Virus record (IMG/VR): IMGVR_UViG_3300028888_000049
Direction: 5' to 3' (one strand)
DNA: 64,000 nucleotides
Source: a virus
Taxonomy: Duplodnaviria > Caudoviricetes
Shown one piece after another: positions 20,101-25,841 of this stretch (positions are counted from its first letter, which is position 1; every line of letters starts with the position of its first letter). The notes under the pieces were generated by a model. That model was given only the letters and a program-made list of their open reading frames with translations. It was not told the origin of the DNA and made no database searches. Both the position numbers and the translations under genes were made by a program.

Positions 20101-20346
20101 AGTATCAGTTAAATTAAATAAAGCAGTTCCCCCACTACCTAAGTTAGCTGTTCTTTGAATGGCAGAACTAAAGGTTTTAACACCAGATATACTTTCATTA
20201 CCAGTTTTGTGTACTACATCTGCATCGTTAGCTTTATTATTTATCTGTGTTTGTATACTAGTACCATCTATTGTGATGTCGTTTGATTTAACTATGAGTG
20301 TATGACTTGAATCTTTTACTGTGATATTTGATAAAGAGGTAGGCAT
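17167..20346 (-). CDS. tail fibre / receptor-binding protein paralogue C (1059 aa)
   Basis: Shared N- and C-termini; multiple TPATSDNSTKIATTA and VKLTGNQTIAG repeats. Confidence 0.88.
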   Translation of the reverse strand: MPTSLSNITVKDSSHTLIVKSNDITIDGTSIQTQINNKANDADVVHKTGNESISGVKTFSSAIQRTANLGSGGTALFNLTDTNGKGSVNQSSYYVNGALYNRLNTVNATSNKEGYIEVQNRDNGAFTASINGNGTNLSLTRVVSATTDTEVPTKGWVNNPDTSTNVIHRTGNEEKSGNLTLTSGAIYKLKGYSDFSELTKSSAHVILEATDLTNNSVTSLYNYRSYNSQEGKSQTGYWFRAHKYGENTSYADLRNMIADDGQNFALIYTGGGNLSNTYNYNLVYSTSSTSDTLLATMGWVNNPATSTNVVHRSGDETINGNKTINDALYFNGVFRGKNISFQTISLNDCVSTGSSETLYYYCTSNGASANITDKPIADQDTFLLETSMIRNFSSTDHIIFQKYYGAKESCIYFRSCKNGTWTSWKKLFLGDTSEYLTTLTPATSDNSTKIATTAWVKAQGYSSGGQATWGSVTGTLSNQTDLQNALNAKAADSDVVKLTGNQTIAGNKTFTSTPTIKMTQPNLYMQYSGISKGTAPTSTIDGWFGTVYDKNGTAQTNKMAQIYHDYNSNGVSTLNLAVFEPTSGSTNDAKLTIGYDQNKNVFTYAPTPATSDNSTKIATTAFVKAQGYITSSGSITGSAAKLTTKRTIDGVEFDGSANITHYGTCDTAAATQEKVVACTGFKLETGAVIFVKFTAEANGADNPTLNVNSTGAKAIQYRGSAINKGYLRINRTYVFVYDGTYYQLIGDLDSNTTDRLQIANNIKAATAITAGRAIVGTSAGYKNIGSGITFDISYPILVAGSAISASGTGTNNFRAISGRSVRDITGNSSWTGTQYATVYLVLSALNGVTATIDSTLVTTTVPSSADNKFYIPIGYTYSTYQCYFCPQDKIYAYTNGKFQEYGSASGDTSDCVKLTGNQTIAGTKTFSNVPIVLKDGDMRVRYQSSVYTQGTAPSSNCYGGSRITDKNNVEMGSVYTGMYTDGSVSSRLFVKSPVAGTNSGATLGISCNASGSFYTEAPTPAVSDNSTKIATTAYCNSKHQVVSALPASPNANVFYYIPA

Positions 20347-20380
20347 TATATAAGTCCTTGTTTTGTCTATATTTTTATCT

Positions 20381-20424
20381 CTAGTTTAGGTATATTATAG
20401 ATTGATATAAAAGGAAAGAAGTAG
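20381..20424 (-). other. putative recombination site C (core 20402-20403)
   Basis: Minus strand CTActtctttccttTTATAtc-AA-tcTATAAtatacctaaacTAG; upstream half identical to F, gene-proximal half identical to A. Confidence 0.75.
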
Positions 20425-20515
20425 TAATATAATTTAAAAGAAAATAAATAAAAATCCACTGAAATCCAAAAATATATAACAAACACATACTTTAGCATAT
20501 AAAACTTTTTTAAGC

Positions 20516-20544
20516 TTTACAAATGTTAAAGATAACTATATAAT
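20516..20544 (+). promoter_or_regulatory. sigma70-like promoter of the invertase
   Basis: TTTACA-N17-TATAAT; similar TTTACA elements at 34013, 37726, 44855. Confidence 0.65.
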
Positions 20545-20600
20545 ATATATCGTAAAAACAAAAATATTAACTTTAATTTTTAGAAAAAGGAAATAATACA

Positions 20601-21242
20601 ATGACAGTATATGCATATCTACGTGTTTCAACACAACAACAAGATGAACAAAATCAAAGACTTGGTATTGATAAAAAAGCAGAACAACTAAATCTAACAA
20701 TAGATAAATACATTATAGATAAGAAATCAGGAGCCATTGATCCTAGTGAAAGAAACTTAGGTAAACTACTTAAAAAACTAAAACAAGGAGACATACTACT
20801 TATCAGTGAAATATCAAGACTATCACGTAAACTATTCTCTCTTTTCAGCATCATAAAAGTACTACTAGAGAAACAAGTCACTATCTATTCAGTAAAGGAT
20901 GGATATACACTAGATGCATCCATTCAGTCAAAGATACTTGCGTTCGCATTTGGTATTTCAGCCGAATTGGAACGCCAATTACTTTCTCAGAGGACTAAGG
21001 AAGCATTGGCTCATAAAAGAGAGCAGGGTGTTATATTAGGTCGTCCTAAAGGTTCGAAGTCTTCATATCACAAACTTGATTCACATAAGACAAGATTATT
21101 GAATGATTACGAAAAAGGAGCAACTATAACATCACTTGCAAAAAGGTATAAAGTCTCTCATAAAACTGTAAAGAAGTATGTAGATCGTTATAGAGGCATT
21201 TATCATCTTAAAGTTGAAGAGCAAGTTACTGAAGAGATTTAA
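20601..21242 (+). CDS. serine recombinase / DNA invertase, Mpi (multiple promoter invertase)-like family
   Basis: Catalytic YLRVST, SEISRLSR, IQSKILAFAFGISAELERQLLSQRTKEALA, LGRPKG and a C-terminal HTH. Confidence 0.9.
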   Translation: MTVYAYLRVSTQQQDEQNQRLGIDKKAEQLNLTIDKYIIDKKSGAIDPSERNLGKLLKKLKQGDILLISEISRLSRKLFSLFSIIKVLLEKQVTIYSVKDGYTLDASIQSKILAFAFGISAELERQLLSQRTKEALAHKREQGVILGRPKGSKSSYHKLDSHKTRLLNDYEKGATITSLAKRYKVSHKTVKKYVDRYRGIYHLKVEEQVTEEI

Positions 21243-22185
21243 GTAGAAGTTCTTTATCTTCATCCCAACAGTAGTGGAAGTTTTTACAAGTATATTTAAA
21301 GCTTCCACTATTTTTATTTTTATTACACGCTCTATAAACAGATGATTTTTTTACTCCTATTTTTTCTGCTAATTTGGCGCCGTTTGTGTAAATTTTATCT
21401 TCTTCTAAACAATAGACTTTTGAAAACTTTTTATTTATAGGAATAGTAAATGTATCTTTATCTTTTAAATAACACCAATGATAACCTTCTGCTGTATGTT
21501 TTATTCCTGCACAAACTTTTTGAATGGCTGTTCTACAATTAAATTCTTTTTCAGCTTCTGCTATAGTATTGAATATTCTATTTAATTCTACACAATATAC
21601 AGGAGTTTTATTAGATTTATCTTCTCTTGGTGTATATGTATCTATATCCTTTTCATAACACCAATGCATATTAGCAGAAGTAGTATATTTCTTTTCGCAA
21701 CAAGCAATTATTCCAGTATCTGTAAAATTATATTCTGGATATTTTTCACAAAATTCTTTATATGTAAGAGTTTCGTTTAATTCAAAACAATGATATTTAC
21801 TAACAGTACGTCTTTCATTAAACTCTTTAAATTTTGTACTATTTTTAAGACCTTCACTTATATGTTTTTTAACTTCTTCTGTATATGCTTTTGATTCTTC
21901 TCCGCCCGAAGTTGAATTATAACCTTCATTCATAGAATTATAATGTTTTATCCAATAAATTTCTTTTTGACTTAATTCTTCTTGTGAATTGCCTTCATCT
22001 ATTTGTTCAATAATAAAGTTATCTTTACCATATTTGCGAATAGCATTATGAAACTTATTGTGATAGATATTAGCATTTGCTTTATTAATATGTTGTTTGA
22101 AACGTCTTTTTAACTTTTGACGTGTTTGTCCTATATAGACTTTATTATTTACTAAGTTTGTAATTTTGTAGATGATACCGTACAT
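21226..22185 (-). CDS. GIY-YIG homing endonuclease with NUMOD-like repeats
   Basis: IIYKITNLVNNKVYIGQT...GYN; repeated VYCxE...IxxxC...HWC units. Confidence 0.85.
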   Translation of the reverse strand: MYGIIYKITNLVNNKVYIGQTRQKLKRRFKQHINKANANIYHNKFHNAIRKYGKDNFIIEQIDEGNSQEELSQKEIYWIKHYNSMNEGYNSTSGGEESKAYTEEVKKHISEGLKNSTKFKEFNERRTVSKYHCFELNETLTYKEFCEKYPEYNFTDTGIIACCEKKYTTSANMHWCYEKDIDTYTPREDKSNKTPVYCVELNRIFNTIAEAEKEFNCRTAIQKVCAGIKHTAEGYHWCYLKDKDTFTIPINKKFSKVYCLEEDKIYTNGAKLAEKIGVKKSSVYRACNKNKNSGSFKYTCKNFHYCWDEDKELLLKSLQ

Positions 22186-22187
22186 TT

Positions 22188-22502
22188 TTAATATTTTCCG
22201 TAGTGAATATAGTCAAATAAATCTTTTTCAATCCCTTTAAGTTTATTTTCATCTTTTACAATATCGGAATGTACATTTTCTACAATAGTTGTAATTTTTG
22301 AGACGAATCCAGAGCCGATTGCAATAAGTGATCCATATATTGCCATAATTGAGAGAATTATAGATAAAATATCTGAAATTAATCCAATTTTATCATTTAA
22401 ATTCATTTTTTGAGTATTCTTCATTAAGATTCCTCCTATTTTTGTTAGTTCTAATAATATAAATAGAACCGAAATATTTTTTATTTTTATAAGTAAATAC
22501 AA
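22188..22502 (-). CDS. small membrane protein (start probably at internal MKNTQK)
   Basis: One TM segment; RBS GGAGG before the internal Met. Confidence 0.55.
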   Translation of the reverse strand: MYLLIKIKNISVLFILLELTKIGGILMKNTQKMNLNDKIGLISDILSIILSIMAIYGSLIAIGSGFVSKITTIVENVHSDIVKDENKLKGIEKDLFDYIHYGKY

Positions 22503-22530
22503 AGATAAATTTAAAAAATAAGCAGTTCTA
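22448..22530 (+). promoter_or_regulatory. two GTTCTA motifs pointing toward site D (candidate late expression site)
   Basis: GTTCTA at 22448-22453 and 22525-22530. Confidence 0.5.
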
Positions 22531-22653
22531 AAAAGTAATATATGACAAGTTTTCTACTTTATATTGTTATTAAAAATTCTTGAACTTAAAAATACGGATA
22601 TGCAGTATATATTAAGGATGGTTAATAACGGTATATTGTAAAAAAGGATAATA

Positions 22654-22697
22654 ATTAACTAGGTAAATTAAACCAACATTTAACATTATAAATCAAG
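22654..22697 (+). other. putative recombination site D (AA core 22675-22676)
   Basis: TTAAAcc-AA-caTTTAA; 22675-22707 is a perfect 33-bp inverted repeat of 25716-25748 that begins exactly at the AA. Confidence 0.7.
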
Positions 22698-22708
22698 GAC
22701 TTAGATAG

Positions 22709-23926
22709 ATGCCAACTTCTCTTTCAAATATTAAGGTTACAGATGGACAAAATAATCTTGTAATTACAGGAAACGATATAACAATAAATGGTACATCTAT
22801 TTTAGGACAAAACAATTATGTTACATTAGATACTACTCAGACTATTACAGGAGTAAAGACTTTTAGTAATACTATAAAAAGTACAAGACAAGGAGATGGT
22901 ATTTTTTTAACTAGAAAAAGTAGTACAGATAGTACAGGAGATGCATTTGTAGATTTAAAATTTTTTGATACATTAGGTAATAGAAAAGGTGGAGTTAGAA
23001 ATATACTTGAAAATGGAAATACTACTTGTTTATATGTAACAAACGAAGCTGGAAATGCTATTAAAAATACATTAAACCTAGTATATAATGAATCATCTGA
23101 TAGAGTATATACAAGTATAATTAATCCAGAAATTAATTCTCTTAATTTAAGAACAAACCAATATAATTGGGGTACAAATCCAACTACTGGTACAGATTTA
23201 CTATCACATAATTTTAGAGATAATACCGATACTCCTGTTGTTTCTAATAGACCATATTTATCATCAAATGGTGATCGATATTATTTTATATCTGTTATTA
23301 ATAAAGAAAAAACAAAATATACTGAATTAGCTGTTGGTTGGGATGCATCTGGAAATGCAAATACTGTTGCTCCAATTCCAACGTCTACTACTTCTACATC
23401 TTCTAGACAAATAGCTACTACTGGATGGGTAAATACAGTTGGTAATAATGTTGTGCATTTAACTGGTAATGAAACTATAACAGGAGCTAAATGGGTTAAT
23501 AATAGTTATATAATAAGAGGTAATGGTGAAATTCAATTTACAGATACAACCGGATATACACCATCCAATCCACCTTCTGAAAGTAAAGCTTTTGGTACAT
23601 TACGCTGGGGAGTAGGCTGTACAGCTGGTAATACTAGTTGGTTAAGTGGTGGTTCTGAATTATTAAAAATACAACCAATTATATCATCACAAGGAAAAGT
23701 AAATGTTGCTTTCGTAGTGTTTGATAGTTCTGGTAATAGTAAGGAATTATTAGACTTATATTCTACTGCGGATGGAAGTGATGCTGCAGCTATAACTATT
23801 ACACCTTCTAATGCAGATAATTCTAGAAAAATAGCTACGACTGCGTATGTAAATAATAAGTTACAAGTCGTATCAGCTTTACCAGCATCTCCTGATAGTA
23901 ATACATTCTATTTTATTCCTGCATAA
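22709..23926 (+). CDS. tail fibre / receptor-binding protein paralogue D
   Basis: Shared N- and C-terminal motifs. Confidence 0.85.
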   Translation: MPTSLSNIKVTDGQNNLVITGNDITINGTSILGQNNYVTLDTTQTITGVKTFSNTIKSTRQGDGIFLTRKSSTDSTGDAFVDLKFFDTLGNRKGGVRNILENGNTTCLYVTNEAGNAIKNTLNLVYNESSDRVYTSIINPEINSLNLRTNQYNWGTNPTTGTDLLSHNFRDNTDTPVVSNRPYLSSNGDRYYFISVINKEKTKYTELAVGWDASGNANTVAPIPTSTTSTSSRQIATTGWVNTVGNNVVHLTGNETITGAKWVNNSYIIRGNGEIQFTDTTGYTPSNPPSESKAFGTLRWGVGCTAGNTSWLSGGSELLKIQPIISSQGKVNVAFVVFDSSGNSKELLDLYSTADGSDAAAITITPSNADNSRKIATTAYVNNKLQVVSALPASPDSNTFYFIPA

Positions 23927-23983
23927 TAATTATTAAAAAGTTCTATACATATATATCATTAAAAAATAAATGAGAATGTATAG

Positions 23984-24460
23984 ATGCCTATATGGAGAAG
24001 AATATTACAAGGAACTAAAAAAGTATCTCCTGCTGTACAAAGAAATGTATCTAATATAGCAAGAATATCTAACTTAGATTTAAGATATGATGAGGGTGTA
24101 AAAACTTTAACTTTTTATGCTAATGTAAAATCATCTACGTTTAATACATTCTATTCTGTTATTATTACATTCAAAGGTGTAGAAAGAACAGATGGTTTAA
24201 CAGAAGATGAAATTAACAAAGGATTTCAACCAAAACCTACACTATCAAAAAATGAAGTAATGATCCGCTGTTCTTGTAATAATTACAGATTTCGTTTTGA
24301 TCAAGCTAACAGAAAAAATAAAGTAGGTACTGGTGCTAGATTTCCAATATATAGAAGAAAAACAAATAGAAAACCATATAATCCACATATGATAGCAGGT
24401 ACATGTAAACATGTTATAGAATTATTAGATTATCTTCAAAAAAATGGTTTTATACACTAA
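23984..24460 (+). CDS. SWIM-type Zn-finger protein
   Basis: CSC...CKH; GTTCTA motif at 23940-23945. Confidence 0.65.
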   Translation: MPIWRRILQGTKKVSPAVQRNVSNIARISNLDLRYDEGVKTLTFYANVKSSTFNTFYSVIITFKGVERTDGLTEDEINKGFQPKPTLSKNEVMIRCSCNNYRFRFDQANRKNKVGTGARFPIYRRKTNRKPYNPHMIAGTCKHVIELLDYLQKNGFIH

Positions 24461-25713
24461 GCCGGAATATAATAAAATACATTTGCATCTGGACTGGCTG
24501 GTAATGCAGAAACTACTTGATGCTTATTATTACAATAAGCCGTAGTCGCGATTTTCGTACTATTGTCTGATACTGCTGGAGTAACATCTAAACTTATATA
24601 ATCATTATTAAGATATATTTTGCGATTATTTCCTGTTGTTCCATCTTGTGGTCTTAATTGGATACCTGTTGCATTGTTTGTTCCTTGTATTACTAAACAC
24701 CCTCCTACATTACCATCTCCAACTTTTACATCATCACCTATATTGTTCAAAATATTGTTTGCAAATTGAACAGCACTACTAAATGCTTTAGTACCACTAA
24801 TAGTCTGATCACCATTCAATGTTACATAGTTTGATAAACTTTGATGAGAAGTAAGATATCCTTGTGCTTTGACAAATGCAGTTGTTGCAATCTGTGTAGA
24901 GTTATCAGAAGTCGCGGGAGTAGGGGCGTAAGTATAAACCGTTCCATCTCTTTTTGCTATAACTCTGATTGCTGCGTCATATGCTACATCCGAAGAATTT
25001 AAATTCGTCGCAATCATAGATGCTTGTATTTCATTACTTGTTGTTTGTGTTACATAAAAATTACCAATTTGTGCATTGTTTTTATCTCTAATGAGCCAAC
25101 TAGTATATTGAGTAGATGACGGAGCTGTTCCTCTTGTAATAGTTGAACTTTTTCTTATTGCATCCATACTATGTATTGTGTTTTCACTAAAGGTTTTAGT
25201 ACCTGTAATAGTTTCATTTCCTGAAGTATGTACTATTCCATTTCCGGCTGTTTTAACCCATGCAGTAGTAGCGATCTTAGTACTATTATCAGTTACAGCA
25301 GGTGTAATAGCTGTAGTATAACCATTATCGTTAGAATCACAACCAATATTTAGCATTCCTTTATTATTACCGTTTTTATCATAAACTAAAAATCTAATTT
25401 CCCTTTCAGTAGAAGTATCTCTTAAATATATATCACTCAGTACTAAAGCATTTTTATCAAGAAACTTACAGTGTGTATAATTTGCTGTAGATGGATTTAC
25501 AGTTCTATCCATACCAGTATTTTTAAACTGAATAAAAACAGTATCAGTACCTCTAGTAATTGATTTTACACCTGTAATCTCTTGGTTTGTATCTAACGTT
25601 ACAAAGTTATTAGTAGCTAATATACTACTTCCATTAATTGTAATATCATTAGCCTTAACAACTAATGTATTTTGTCCATCTTTTACCGTTATATTACTTA
25701 ATGAAGTAGTCAT
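24457..25713 (-). CDS. tail fibre / receptor-binding protein paralogue E
   Basis: Shared N- and C-terminal motifs; N-terminus nearly identical to B. Confidence 0.85.
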   Translation of the reverse strand: MTTSLSNITVKDGQNTLVVKANDITINGSSILATNNFVTLDTNQEITGVKSITRGTDTVFIQFKNTGMDRTVNPSTANYTHCKFLDKNALVLSDIYLRDTSTEREIRFLVYDKNGNNKGMLNIGCDSNDNGYTTAITPAVTDNSTKIATTAWVKTAGNGIVHTSGNETITGTKTFSENTIHSMDAIRKSSTITRGTAPSSTQYTSWLIRDKNNAQIGNFYVTQTTSNEIQASMIATNLNSSDVAYDAAIRVIAKRDGTVYTYAPTPATSDNSTQIATTAFVKAQGYLTSHQSLSNYVTLNGDQTISGTKAFSSAVQFANNILNNIGDDVKVGDGNVGGCLVIQGTNNATGIQLRPQDGTTGNNRKIYLNNDYISLDVTPAVSDNSTKIATTAYCNNKHQVVSALPASPDANVFYYIPA

Positions 25714-25725
25714 ATTATCTAAGTC

Positions 25726-25769
25726 CTTGATTTATAATGTTAAATGTTACTTTAATTGACTTATTTTAG
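25726..25769 (-). other. putative recombination site E (core 25747-25748)
   Basis: Minus strand CTAaaataagtcaaTTAAAgt-AA-caTTTAAcattataaatcAAG. Confidence 0.7.
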
Positions 25770-25783
25770 AAATTATATATAAT
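25756..25783 (+). promoter_or_regulatory. sigma70-like promoter between the E and F cores, pointing at fibre F
   Basis: TTGACT-N16-TATAAT. Confidence 0.5.
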
Positions 25784-25786
25784 GAT

Positions 25787-25830
25787 CTACTTCTTTCCTT
25801 TTATATCAACATTAAAAATATTATAGGACT
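25787..25830 (+). other. putative recombination site F (AA core 25808-25809)
   Basis: 25787-25809 CTACTTCTTTCCTTTTATATCAA is a perfect inverted repeat of 20402-20424 and ends exactly at the AA; the gene-proximal half resembles D/E. Confidence 0.7.
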
Positions 25831-25841
25831 TAGACAAAAAT

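Noticed and set aside
20601-22185. Recombinase plus GIY-YIG gene as a transposon/IS
   Set aside because: No transposase, terminal repeats or target duplication seen; the nearby repeats tie the recombinase to the fibre leaders.
8822-22708. Gin/shufflon-style coding fusion across the recombination cores
   Set aside because: In-frame TAG stops lie between core and ATG in leaders A, B and D, and the genes have their own RBS, so these are whole-gene cassettes.
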